Positions 13,481 to 26,833 of a DNA stretch of 64,000 nt are shown here, piece after piece. Made by a program: the position numbers and the translations under genes. The DNA lies in contig OX597820.1 of the NCBI GenBank assembly GCA_951406725.2, positions 121,396,001-121,460,000 of the forward strand. Reading direction: 5' to 3'. The notes under the pieces were generated by a model, which saw only the letters and a program-made list of their open reading frames with translations, was not told the origin of the DNA and did not search any database. The DNA is from Octopus vulgaris. Lineage: Eukaryota. Position 1 is the first letter of the stretch. Every line of letters starts with the position of its first letter.

Positions 13481-13791
13481 AGGGGAGGCACACGGCCTAG
13501 TGGTTAGAGCAGCAGACTCGCGGTCGAGGGATCGCGGGTTCGAATCTCAGACCGGCCGATGTGTGTGTGTTTATGAGCGAAACAACTAAGCTCCACGCGG
13601 CTCCGGCAGAATGTAATAATGGCGAAATTTCTGCTGACTCTTTCGCCACAACTTTCTCTCACTCTTTCCTCCTGCAACTTGCAGCTCACCTGCGACGGAC
13701 CGGCGTCCCGTCCAGGTGGGGAACCTATACGCTAAGAAACCGGGAAACCGGCCCTTATGAGCCAGGCATGGCTCGAGAAGGAACAAACAAG
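13481..13791 (+). mobile_element. tRNA-derived SINE, family B
   Basis: GGAGGCACACGGCCTAGTGGTTAGAGC...GGTTCGAATC head and ACAA tail, with a 14-bp TSD ATATTTAGAATTTT (13467-13480, 13792-13805). Confidence 0.92.
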
Positions 13792-14919
13792 ATATTTAGA
13801 ATTTTGCATTATGGAGAAAACCTGAATTAAAAAAGCAATTCGAGGTGTATACACACATACATGAAGCTGGCTTCCACACAGTTTCCGTCAGTCAAATACA
13901 ATCACAAAGCATTGGTAAACCCGGAATTTTAGTAAAAGACACTTTCCCAGCGTACGTCGAGTGGGACAGAACACAAAAATTCTTGTTTGTGAGGTGACCT
14001 TCTTAACACCATAGCCGTACCTACTCCTTTGCGTAGAAAATATCTTAGTGTATATAACATTACTCCCCCACCATCACCCTCGCCCTACTATCATCATCAC
14101 TATCACTACAAACCGTCATCATCATCATCAACAACAACAACGCTATCCTCATCGTTAAAACCATTTAGTGAGGCAACAAGGAAGTTTATGAGTTGGCTTA
14201 ACCGGTTAGAAATAGCAACCAAATGTCCTGCAAATCTCATCCTAATATTTCTAGGAAGAGCAAAGCCGCATTGCAGAATGTAGTCTTCGATACACTATGT
14301 GTGACAACAGGCGACGAGGATGGATGAAGCGTGTTTGCTGATAGGTTTGCTCATTCAGGGTTAACCCAGGGTTAAACAACATAATCCGCTTCGATCATCA
14401 TCATAATCATCATCACCACCATCATCACCTATAGGCTACAGCTCCTTATCATCATCATCATCATCGTTTTTGTCATTGTCGACGTTATCTCCTTGGTTCG
14501 TCAGCCATGTCCCCCATCAGGCTCTTTGAAGATGCTTCCTCTGTAGTCAATTGACCGGAACACTCATACTACCCCTCTTAAATAACATGAAACATGTACG
14601 TCACCTCTGCTTCTCTCTCTCCCTCTCTCTCTCTCTCTTTCTTTCTTTCTCTCTTTCTCCCCCCTCTCTCTCTCTCTCTCTCTATGCTACATCTTTATTC
14701 CAGATGGCGTCATGGCCATTTGATCGTTTACATATATCTTTTAATGCCGTCGCTGCCGTATATCGCTAGGTCAGTTCTGGTTGACTTCACCTCTAATTAA
14801 AGACAATTTCGTTCAGTTTAAGACAGAGTTTATCTAGGAATACATTATTTAATGCACGTATTTCAAAGGAAAATAGTTGGGTACAATGAAGGAGAGATGC
14901 AGTTGCTATTTCCAGCAAG

Positions 14920-15125
14920 TCAGATGGTCAATTCCAAGTTAGATTGATGAATTGGGATGTTATTCTTTTGGTTAATAATTCCTGCGTTAATTCTTGTCTG
15001 TTTCCCAACATCGGAGCTACAGGTTGGAGAAACGGTTTCATCATTCTGTTGTGTAAAAGAATCATTCTGGGGCTTAAAGTGGTTGCTGTTGTTGTTGGTG
15101 GCGCTGTTGATGTTCCAGGATGGCA
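14920..15125 (-). CDS. possible terminal exon of an unidentified host gene (PSWNINSATNNN...NLELTI*)
   Basis: A non-repetitive ~200-bp island preceded on the minus strand by a polypyrimidine tract and CAG (CTTCCTATTTCCCTCTTCACGCTTCCAG). The frame is open to TGA at 14920. No recognisable domain. Confidence 0.25.
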
Positions 15126-15212
15126 CTGGAAGCGTGAAGAGGGAAATAGGAAGGAAGGCTGAGTGCCATCCACATGAGAAAATTGCCATGCATGCAAGAT
15201 ACTGCAAGAGAC

Positions 15213-15291
15213 AGTGTGTGTGCGCGTGTGTGTGTACATGTGTGTTTGTGCCTCTCTGTGTGTGTATGTGTGTGTGCTTGTGTGTTTGTGC

Positions 15292-15325
<34 letters not shown>

Positions 15326-15577
15326 ATGTGTGTTTGTGCCTCTGTGTGTGTGTATGTGTGTGTGCTTGTGTGTTTGTGCCTCTGTGTGTGTGTATGTGTG
15401 TGTGCTTGTGTGTTTGTGCCTCTCTCTGTGTGTGTGTGTGTGTGTGTACATGTGTGTTTGTGCCTCTGTGTGTGTATGTGTGTGTACATGTGTGTTTGTG
15501 CCTCTCTGTGTGTGTATGTGTGTGTGCTTGTGTGTTTGTGCCTCTGTGTGTGTGTGTGAGTACTTATGTGTTTGTGC

Positions 15578-15612
<35 letters not shown>

Positions 15613-15992
15613 GGTGTGTTTGTGCCTCTGTGTGTGTGTGTACTTGTGTGTTTGTGCCTGTGTGTGTGTGCGTGTGTGTGTCTGTACTTGTGTGTTTGTG
15701 CCTCTGTGTGTGTGTACTTGTGTGTTTGTGCCTGTGTGTGTGTACTTGTGTGTTTGTGCCTCTGTGTGTGTGTACTTGTGTGTTTGTGCCTGTGTGTGTG
15801 TACTTGTGTGTTTGTGCCTCTGTGTGTGTGTGCTTGTGTGTTTGTACCTGTGTATGTGTGTACTTGTGTGTTTGTGCCTCTGTGTGTGTGTGTACTTGTG
15901 TGTTTGTGCCTCTGTGTTTGTGTGTGTGTGTGTACTTGTGTGTGTGTGCCTCTGTGTGTGTGTGTGCTTGTGTGTTTGTCTGAGTGTGTGTG
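15213..15992. repeat. (TG)n-derived minisatellite, unit ~GTGTGTACTTGTGTGTTTGTGCCTCT
   Basis: TTTGTGCCTCT recurs about every 25-40 bp within TG runs. Confidence 0.95.
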
Positions 15993-16261
15993 TATAAGAT
16001 AGAGTAGGCGAGAGGAAGAGAGATTGAGTGTGACTGTCAAAGGTGTGTATACACACACAAACACACACACGCAAACACACCTACACACCCACACCTCTTA
16101 CTCCCACCCCCACTCCTACACGCACACACACACTCACACATCACACATAATCACACATATTTATACATATGTATACACACATATATAAACACACACGTTG
16201 CGGTTAGTACGATGTCGAATAATGTAAGATAACAAGGTATACAGAGCCTGTGCTCAGGTCA

Positions 16262-16737
16262 ATCATCATCATTGTTCGACCGTGGTCGAGACAATGGAAT
16301 TTACCATGCTACGCCAGACTTCATGGTCCATCATAGCGGAGGTCCTGTTGCTGGATGCCTGTATCCCTGGAGATTACATCAGGGTAGGAGAATGTGCGTC
16401 CTCTGGTATCGCGAGCAGATGGCTTCCAGAAGAGAACAGTAAAAATTGCCTCGTTTTTATCTCTACAACAATGTCCAGCAAACTGGACTCTTCTACCTTT
16501 CACAAGAGATGATACAGATGGTAGTTTCCCATATATTTGTACTTTGTTTGGATCACGCTTCCACGAGAGATTTTGAGCTCTCATAAGGAGGCGAGTGTAA
16601 GTTCCATCCAACCGCCTCTCAAGCTTCTTTGATAACGTCTAGGTTTCTGAGCCATATAGTAGAATTGGTTCGACTGTGGCTTTGAAGATTTCAAGTTTGA
16701 AGTCTCTACTTAGATTTGATGACCAGATCTTATGCAT
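16262..16737 (-). mobile_element. 3' end of RTE-clade LINE (5'-truncated, disrupted)
   Basis: Translates KIWSSNLSRDFKLEIFKATVEPILLYGSET*TLSKKLERRLDGTYTRLLMRAQN...RRVQFAGHC, and ends in a (TGA)n tail. Confidence 0.85.
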
Positions 16738-16779
16738 GTGAGTGCCTGAACTCAACTTGAAAGCTGAGGATGTGGTTGC

Positions 16780-17420
16780 TGCTGGATAGAAGATTGGCTG
16801 AACGCAATTCATCGATCAAGCGAAAGGATAGACAAGCAAAGAACAGGGATCAGACCAGATTATAACATACTCATGCATCTTATAAGGACAAAACGATTGC
16901 ATCAAGAAGTGTAAATCGCAGGAGACGGGCAAAAGTCCCACAAGGGGATGTTCTTAACAGCTGTGATGTAAATGGGTCGACTCTAGGAAGATGCAGAAGC
17001 TAAGTCCATCGTATTGATATAATAAGGTAGGAAAAAATTATAATCGAAGCTAAAATATGTGCTGAATGACTTTTATAGCTGTTTCCAGAAGAATTGTGCA
17101 GTCGATGCAGTTCTCTGCATGTTTACATTTTTGTGGCAAACTATTCTTCCTTCGGGAAAATACTGGATTAAGACTCGGAGAAGGAAAGAATCTTTATGAG
17201 AAAGGACAGTAATATTGAAGTGAATATAGAGGAAGAGAGGCAGATTTATTAGCGTCTAAAGTTATAGCAACACATATAGAAAGAGGTGCTACGTGTTGAA
17301 AAAAGATTGGGGTTACAGATCCTTAAGGATCTGTATGATATAGCAGAGATGAGACGTGAAAATAGAGCGATAAGTTGGTGGGAATAGGAAGGTTACTAAT
17401 TCAACCAATCTGCCAGTAGA
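16780..17420 (+). pseudogene. very old CR1-group RT remnant
   Basis: Scattered motifs WIEE, VPQGDVL and DSEKER occur in the expected order, with many disruptions. Confidence 0.4.
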
Positions 17421-17495
17421 GGTTTAAGTGTCACAGAGACCCTCAAGTTAAAAGATGCAATAAGATAAAGAATATATTTAAAAGAGTTATATATA

Positions 17496-17660
17496 GGCAC
17501 AGGAGTGGCTGTGTGGTAAGTAGCTTGCTTACCAACCACATGGTTCCTGGTTCAGTCCCACTACGTGGCACCTTGGGCAAGAGTCTTCTACTATAGCCTC
17601 GGGCCGACCAAAGCCTCGTGAGTGGATTTGTTAGACGGAAACTGAAAGAAGCCAGGCGTA

Positions 17661-17724
<64 letters not shown>

Positions 17725-17940
17725 TGTGTTTGTGTGTCTGTGTTTGTCCTCCCACCCTCGCTTGACAACCGATGCTGGTGTGTTTACGTCCCCGTAACTT
17801 AGCGGTTCGGCAAAAGAGAACCGATAGAATAAGTACTAGGCTTACAAAGACTAAGTCCTGGGGGTCTTTTTGCTCGACTAAAGGTGGTGCTCCAGCATGG
17901 CCGCAGTCAAATGACTGAAACAAGTAAAAGAGTAAGAGTA
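17496..17940 (+). mobile_element. SINE family A, full length
   Basis: Complete head, body and AAGAGT tail, with a long internal (TA)n. Confidence 0.92.
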
Positions 17941-17956
17941 TGAGAGAGGTATCGGC

Positions 17957-18059
17957 CAGTGGTTCTCGAAACAGGCACATATGACCCATGGGGTTCCGTA
18001 TGAGGTGTTGTTGTTTACGTTTATGAACAGTAAACTGATTTTAATTTTACAAAACACAA
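17957..18059 (+). mobile_element. possible left end of a hAT-like DNA transposon, interrupted by the element at 18060
   Basis: Starts CAGTGGTTCTC, resembling hAT/Charlie TIRs. No matching right TIR found. Confidence 0.35.
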
Positions 18060-18393
18060 AATATTTTAACAATTGCAGCGTGGAAGGTGTTTGTAAGCCA
18101 TTTAAGAAACACACAAAAGGCGTTCGATTCACTTCAACATTTAAGTTTAATTAAACAGTTAGTTACTTTCTCAGGTGCAGCACGGATTTTTGTCAGTGAA
18201 CAGGTCGCGGATTTTAGCGACGAAAATATTTTGACAAATTAAACTTAAATGTTGAAGTGAATCGAACGGCTTTTGTGTGTTTCTTAAATGGCTTACAAAC
18301 ACCTTCCACGCTGCAATTGTTTTCGTTTCAGCACACGATCTCAGATCAAATCACTTGCTATGCAAGTACATCTCCGTAATATTTTAACAATTG
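18060..18393. mobile_element. small fold-back insertion, probable Penelope-like relic
   Basis: 85-bp inverted arms (18068-18152, 18237-18321), a ~56-bp tail on the right arm only, a 16-bp direct repeat AATATTTTAACAATTG (18060-18075, 18378-18393) and a hammerhead-like motif inside. Confidence 0.75.
18189..18238 (+). ncRNA. degenerate minimal type I hammerhead ribozyme motif
   Basis: Stem I TTTGTCA/TGACAAA; core GTGAACA (two changes from CTGANGA) followed by an extra G; stem II GTCGC/GCGAC; GAAA; palindromic helix III A-ATAT-T; H17=U. Confidence 0.55.
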
Positions 18394-18768
18394 TTAACGT
18401 AATTCCAAATATTTAAATATAAAAAACATAAAAGGACTGTTTTAAAACTTCAGACAGTAATGAGGGTCCAACTGAATGAAACAGGAAACAAAGGAGTCCG
18501 TGGAAAAAAAAAGCAATAAATAGGGATAAGTATAAATGTAAGGAGAGAAGTAATGATGTAAGTATAACAAACTAAAATGTGTATATTTAATGAGAAAGTC
18601 GAGAAATTCAGGTGTGAAAGAAATGATGAAATAAAACCAAACGTACGAAGTTCGAACGATGTGTGGGGCAATTTATTGAATTACGAAAGGTAGGAGCGAA
18701 GCAAGATTATGTTTGGAGTAAAAGTTCTTTAGTTAAGAAGAACAGTCAATAACGATGTTCAAAGTATA

Positions 18769-19178
18769 GGCGCATGAGTGGCTGTGTGGTAAGTAGCTTG
18801 TTTACCAACCACATGGTTCCGGGTTCAGTCCACTGCGTGGCACCTTGGGCAAGTGTTTCTACTATAGTCTCGGGCCGACCAAAGCCTTGTGAGTGGATTT
18901 GGTAGACGGAAACTGAAAGAAGCCCGTCGTATATATGTATATAAATATATGCGTGTGTGTGTTTGTGCGTCTGTGTTTGTCCCCCTAGCATTGCTTGACA
19001 ACCGATGCTGGTGTGTTTATGTCCCCGTTACTTAGCGGTTCGGCAAAAGAGACCGATAGAATAAGTACTGGGCTTACAAAAATAATAAGTCCCGGGGTCG
19101 AGTTGCTTGATTAAAGGCGGTGCTCCAGCATGGCCGCAATCAAATGACTGAAACAAGTAAAAGAGAGTAAAAGAGTAT
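18769..19178 (+). mobile_element. SINE family A, full length
   Basis: Complete match to the family consensus. Confidence 0.92.
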
Positions 19179-19492
19179 ATGTCCAAGAACTTTTCTTGAG
19201 AGGAATATAGGAATGTATGGGAGAATTGGTGAATTAAGGAGTGAAATATTTATGCAGGTTCGATGTGTGTGGATGGAATCGAATCACGATACTTCAATCG
19301 ATGGAGAAAAGAGAAAGTTTTGAAGAATCTATGGAGGTAAGTGATGATAGGTTCTTTGGAATGGTTCAGTTACGGGGTTATGCACGCACACATACAGACA
19401 CTCTCAAACATCTATGTATGCGTTTGTGTAAATAATTACATATTTGTGTGTGAGTGTGTATGTGTAAGTATATTAGAAGAAAGATTTACTGT

Positions 19493-20201
<709 letters not shown>

Positions 20202-20548
20202 GACAGTTAGACAGATACCACGGAGTAATTCTTACAAAGTGAAAGAAAAACGATATAATGGTAAAAACTATGGTGAAATGAAAATAGATTAAAATTGAAG
20301 ATGAACAGAAGGAAATGGAAAAATTTCAACAGTGAGTTAGAGAAAGATAAAGAGAGAAAGAGAGAGAAAGAGAGACAGACAGACCGACAGACACAGAGAG
20401 ACGGTGAGAGGGAGAGAGGGAGAGAGATAGGGAGAGAAAAAACTGAGAGACAGTGAGAGCGAAATGGTAAAGAACGAAACGTAGGGAAAATAGGAGTTAA
20501 ATAGATAGGCAGGTAGGTAGGTAGGTAGACACATAAATAGATAGATGA

Positions 20549-20603
<55 letters not shown>

Positions 20604-20994
20604 GAGGAATAAAAGCTCAAGAATTGATATGTATGTATATATTTATAATAAAATAATGGAAGACTGAAAGAGAATTAGAGAAAGACAGAGAGACAGAGAG
20701 AGAGAGGCGGAGAGAAGGAGAGAAATGTATGAGGGTCGTGGGTAAAGGGTGACGGTGGGGTGGTTAGTAAAAAGTGATGAATGGAAATGATGCGCCTCTC
20801 CTCCCCGACAATGTCCCCAGCGGTTAATATTACCAAAAGAATCAGCACACCGGAACCATTAACCCAACCCATTGTTATTCCCATAGCCCCGTCACCTTAC
20901 TTTTCCAGCGGAACACTCAACTCTGCCCCCGCGCAACTCACAGTCATATATATATATATATACATGCATACATTTATAAATACATGCATACATT

Positions 20995-21033
<39 letters not shown>

Positions 21034-21516
21034 GTGGGGGTGGTACACACGCACACATACACACACATACATACATAAATACATACATATTCATTTACAC
21101 CATTTATATGTCACTACACTTATCTCAGTCTCTCTCTATCTCTCTCTTGCTATAAGCATGCACACACTCACACTCACACTCACACGCACACACACACACA
21201 CACATGCACACACAAATACATAAAAACACGCCCACACCGTGGCAAACCCAGACAAGTGCTCTTTACCCTTCCTCTCTTATCAAAGAACTACACCCATGCA
21301 TACCACACTACGGCAGTAACTATTCGACCCTCCCTCGGTGATTGTCATGGGTGGAGGGTCGGGGGTTGGGAAATTGCATGTAACCTCTTTCAGGCCTCTT
21401 TGTACTCCACCATTGTCTCCCCCTCTCTCTCCCTTTCTTCTTCATCTTCAGTAGCCCCTAGGGTTCACAATGTGATCGTTTATGAGTATAGTGGTTTATG
21501 TAGTGGCGATGTTAGC

Positions 21517-21557
21517 GGGTGGGGTTGGGGGTAGGGTGGTGATGTGGGGCGGTGGGG
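21517..21557 (+). other. potential G-quadruplex motif in a GC-richer unique island
   Basis: GGGTGGGGTTGGGGGTAGGG followed by two further G runs. Confidence 0.5.
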
Positions 21558-22693
21558 AAATGGCTGCCACACCCCAGTAATTTGTGATTGGTTCTGGAGA
21601 TGATTGCCCGGGCAGAGAGCAAGTATATGTGTGTGTATATGGTGTATGAATGTACGGTGATACATGGAAAGGGAAAGATTCGGACGGGCTGTAAATAGCG
21701 AGGGATGGCGAGGAGGCGGCCGCGGGAGGGGGTCTCAAAGAAAACCCCAGGAATATTTGTTTTATAACATTCCCATTGTTGACTCTTCATATTTTCCCGT
21801 CGTATCACACTGTAAACAAAAAGATACCTTACAGCAATAACAACAACAACTTCAACTCTGACAGACAAGGTAACTTGTAAATAGGTGCTGAGACTGCTAG
21901 AAATCGCAGCCATACTCCATCAAATTACGTAGATGACTTGAAAACAGAAAGAACCTGTCGTTAATATTACTGACAAGATGGTTAAGATCAGAATGCGTTT
22001 GACCAACGGTCTGCTCCAGTCGGGGCTGACTTGGATCTAAACAAAATCCTAAACTGCCACCAACAAACATATAAACATCATAAACATCATAAACGCTATC
22101 CACCACCATTGCCTCGTAATATATTTTCATAATAAACCCCCCACAACGACAACCACCACCACCACCACCACCACCACCGCCGCCATCACTGCCACCACCA
22201 CCATCATCACCACCACAACTACCACCACCAACACAACCATCAAAACCACCACCAAAACCACCACCACAACCACCACCAAAACCACCACCGAAACCACCAT
22301 CATCACCACCACAACCACCACCACCAAAACAACCATCAAAACCAGCACCAAAACCACCACCACAACCACCACCACCAACACAACCATCAAAACCACCACC
22401 AAAACCACCACCAAAACCACCACCAAAACCACCGCCACCACCACCACCGCCTGCGAATTATGCAACCAATTCTACCTCGACTAACAACGTAGAGTTTTAA
22501 GAATTAGGGCACATTGGAAAATGTATTCCTAGATACACTATATCTAATGCAAATCAGGATGAATTTGTACCGCTTTTCAACGTTGCCTCCTTGTTCAGGG
22601 TTGTTCTTCAAAGACACAAACACTGCTGACTTTCTCAGCTAAACATCCGTCAACATCAACATCATCATCCTCATCATTATCATCATCACCACC

Positions 22694-22755
<62 letters not shown>

Positions 22756-22773
22756 CCACCACCATCACCACCG

Positions 22774-22879
<106 letters not shown>

Positions 22880-22965
22880 CATCATCACCACCATAATTAC
22901 GACCGCAAATAGCGATCAATACCATTATTACCTTTATAATAACGAGTAAAAGGGTGAAAACATTG

Positions 22966-23340
22966 TCGTTGCATTTGGTATCAGCGGCGCATTCGACCGT
23001 GTCTGGCATGCGAATCCCTTAACAAAACTGCCAGCCTCTCAGTTCCATCTGTCTCTTGTGTCTCGGATCAGTGGTTTCCTAACACATTGCACCATCACAG
23101 CGTGTACTGACGGACACTCGCCCTGACTCACTTTCTATTAACTTGGCTCTGCCCCTAAGTTCAAATTTATCCTCCACTCCGTACTTCGCCAACAACATAT
23201 TCACCGACCTCTTCAGCAACATCCTCTCCTCTCCAGATGACAGCATGCTCCATTCAACCTTCGGCATCCAAATGCTCCCACACACCTCACACCGAAATTA
23301 TATTGTCTCCATGAAAAGAATTGTCGAAAATATCCTCAGA
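22966..23340 (+). pseudogene. degenerate non-LTR RT fragment (CR1/Jockey-group)
   Basis: VAFGISGAFDRVWHANPLTKL matches D.SKAFDRVWH..LL.KL. SINLALPLSSNLSSTPYF is a decayed GVPQGSVLSPTLF, and PDDSMLH a decayed ADD motif. Confidence 0.6.
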
Positions 23341-23567
23341 GTCCGCTTCTGCGGTGCATCGTCTGCGTAATGAATACGTATCGTCTGCTCGGAGATTCTT
23401 TCCAATGAGCAAAAACAACAGCGATCAGATCGCTATGCTGGCATCTTCCATGACCTATTGAGATATGTTATTGCCGTGACCCTCACTGCGCAGCACGACG
23501 CTCCTCCTCAATTATCATCTGTTTGACAGATATCAGCATGTATTTTCTAATTTTGTTCTTTCTTTTA

Positions 23568-23771
23568 ATTGTTTCAGTAATTTTATTATAGCCATGCGGA
23601 GTTCGGGGCACCCCCTTGAAGGGCATTCCGTCAAGCAGATCGTCACTGGAACTTATTTTATCGGTTTCTTTTCCTGAGCCTTCAAGTTACAGGGAGGTAA
23701 ACAAACGAACACACGTTTTCAAGCGGTGTGGAGGTACAAAACAGAAAGACGAACACACACACACACACACA

Positions 23772-23863
<92 letters not shown>

Positions 23864-24030
23864 CACATACACAGATGCCCGTGACGGGTTTCCATATAGT
23901 TTCCGTCTACAAAATTCATTCAAAACACGTCGGTCGGCCCGGGACTCGAAATGCTGTGTATTAAGACCGAACCGGAGACTATTTGGTTGCAAAAGCGAGT
24001 TACTAAACCCCACAGTCATACCATTGCCTA
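23568..24030 (-). mobile_element. SINE family A, old diverged copy
   Basis: Remnants TTGTTTCAG, GACGGGTTT..AGTTTCCGTCTAC and GGTCGGCCCGGG, with an expanded internal microsatellite. Confidence 0.6.
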
Positions 24031-24199
24031 TTTCGAAAGGCAAAAGTTTTTTTGTGGATTTCTATAATCACAAGTCCTACCTCTTTCTAGATTCTTTGGT
24101 CCAAATGGGTTGTTTTGATTGAGGAGACACATCGAAAAATCTCCTGATACTGGCGAATAGTGTGGGCCACGAACACACAGCATCTAAATTGGTCCTCCG

Positions 24200-24455
24200 T
24201 CAGTTGCGACGACCAGTGTTCCACTTGATCCAATCAATAGATGAGCCTGCTCGTGAAGATAACGCGCAAGTGGCTGAATACTCCACAGGCACGCGTATCC
24301 TTAACGTAGTACTTCATGGAGATTCATCGTGGCACAGAATTACGTTTACAACTCATTTTCACCAGCTGACAATATAGATTGTCTTGTACCGCCGAGTATC
24401 GATCTCAAGACCTGACAATCGTCGGCCAAATACCCTAACAACTTGGCGATACGCC
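24200..24455 (-). mobile_element. SINE family B2, diverged
   Basis: AGCCTGCTCGTGAA..TAACG.GCAAGTGGCTGA.TACTCCACAG.CACG.GTA.CCTTAACGTAGT matches 31075-31141. Confidence 0.7.
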
Positions 24456-24863
24456 TTCACAGCATCTCTACAGAGATGTACTTTCTGGCGTGAATATTTG
24501 ATCGCTATAATAATTTTTTCTTTCTTTTTTTATCATCTGAGTACAGCATCTGAACCGCGATGTTCTCCGATGATGAAAAATAACAACGATCAGATATTCA
24601 TGCTAGAAATAGTGAGAATAAATAAATCGATAAAAATATAAAGAATATGAGAACCTATAATGCGCATGAGCTGATGTACCCAGGTAGGGTAGGCTATGAA
24701 GTGGTTAGTTGAAGCGTGAAGCGAAGAGGAAGGGGTGGTGGCGAGAAAGGTTTGTTTATCGGAATGGAAAGAGAATGCGGTGAGAGATAGAAAGAAGCAA
24801 ACTCTATTATGATAGGCAGGTAAGCTTGAGGAGAAAGCAATAAGAGAGATACGGGAGGAAACA

Positions 24864-24864
24864 A

Positions 24865-24959
<95 letters not shown>

Positions 24960-24964
24960 GTATC

Positions 24965-25038
<74 letters not shown>

Positions 25039-25044
25039 GTATCA

Positions 25045-25094
<50 letters not shown>

Positions 25095-25141
25095 ACATAT
25101 ATATATATATATATAAATATAAAGAGAGAGAGAGAGAGAGA
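24864..25141. repeat. (TATC)n-(TA)n-(GA)n compound microsatellite
   Basis: Direct inspection. Confidence 0.95.
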
Positions 25142-25723
25142 GGTGAGTGTTTACTATAAGGGGCATGTTAGCAGTGAGAGATAGGCGAAACAGAATGGTG
25201 TTTATGCACATATAATCGCACACATAGATGCGCATGCATATCTGATAAACCGAGAACTGCAGTATCTGTTAAAATGGTGGCGAAGCGAGGATGGTGTCAT
25301 CAGCAGGAATATTGGTTAAGGAAGCCGGTGGTAGGGGTTGTACTTTCATGACAGCAAAGTGTGTTGTTATTAAATGAATTTATTTTTAATACTCCATCAC
25401 TTAAATCGTGCCGTTTAGTGCAATTAACTGTCGTCTGCTTTCATTTTTGTTTATCCAAAATTTTGTTTTACTTCTGTCAATGTATGGAACGTTCTAAGTA
25501 TGGATTGACATCGGAGACAACATTTACTGTATTCGTAAGACAACTGACTGGAAACATTTAAACTAAAAATGGTATACACACCTACACAAACGCAGTATGT
25601 ATATACACATACATGCATGCACACATATATAAGTATACACACACACACACATATATATATATGTATGTGTGTGTGTATACATATATATTTATATTTATAT
25701 ATATATATGTATGTATATATACA

Positions 25724-25796
<73 letters not shown>

Positions 25797-25804
25797 TTAT
25801 ATAT

Positions 25805-26283
25805 ACTCTTTTTAATCTTTTACTTGTTTCAGTCATTTGACTGCGGCCATGCTGGAGCACCGCCTTTAATCGAGCAACTCGACCCCGGGACTTATTCTTT
25901 TGTAAGCCCAGTACTTATTCTATCGGTCTCTTTTGCCGAACCGCTAAATAACGGGGGACATAAACACACAAGCATCGGTTGTCAAGCAATGCTAGGGGGA
26001 CAAACACAGACACACAAACATACACACACACACACATATATATATATATACATATATACGGCGGGCTTCTTTCAGTTTCCGTCTACCAAATCCGCTCACA
26101 AGGCTTTGGTCGGCCCGAGGCTATAGTAGAAGACACTTGCCCAAGGTGCCACGCAGTGGGACTGAACCCGGAAGCATGTGGTTGGTAAACAAGCTACTGA
26201 CCACACAGTCACTCCTAGTGGGACTGAACCCGGAACCATGTGGTTAGTAAACAAGCTACTTACCACACAGCCACTCATGCGTC
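25805..26283 (-). mobile_element. SINE family A with tandemly duplicated tRNA head
   Basis: The head segment AGTGGGACTGAACCCGGA...CCACACAG is present twice (~26156-26216 and ~26217-26283). Confidence 0.9.
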
Positions 26284-26293
26284 CATACGTATA

Positions 26294-26358
<65 letters not shown>

Positions 26359-26382
26359 ATATATATATGTATATATATATAT

Positions 26383-26447
<65 letters not shown>

Positions 26448-26800
26448 TGTATGTATGCATGTGTGTATGTATATAAGTATGTATATCTCAGGAGATACAG
26501 ATACACTCTTACAATTGCACAAAGTGATCGATCCTTTCTTCCTTTCTTTACAACTCCTCCAAGAGAATGCCATTCCCGAATGGTTTCTCAAGTTCTACCC
26601 GTTTTCTTTTGTTATTCTCATCCATCCTCTCCTCCATTTCCTTGAATCTTCTTCCTTTCTTCCGATCTAAACCGAACGTCCGTAAATTTGCAACGCTTTC
26701 CTTTCTAATTATACGACGAAGGTAGCATTGTACATATGCAACTTTGTCTCTCTCTTTCTCTCACTCTCTCTCTTTTCTCTCTCTCTCTCTCTCTCTCTCA

Positions 26801-26830
<30 letters not shown>

Positions 26831-26833
<3 letters not shown>

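Noticed and set aside
13481-13555. tRNA-Arg gene
   Set aside because: The tRNA-like head continues into a SINE body with a tail and TSD, and is multi-copy.
14920-16094. Long ORFs (up to 386 aa) rich in HT/CV repeats; likewise poly-P, poly-V, YLSI, poly-H and poly-N ORFs elsewhere
   Set aside because: They are translations of micro- and minisatellites, open in several frames on both strands.
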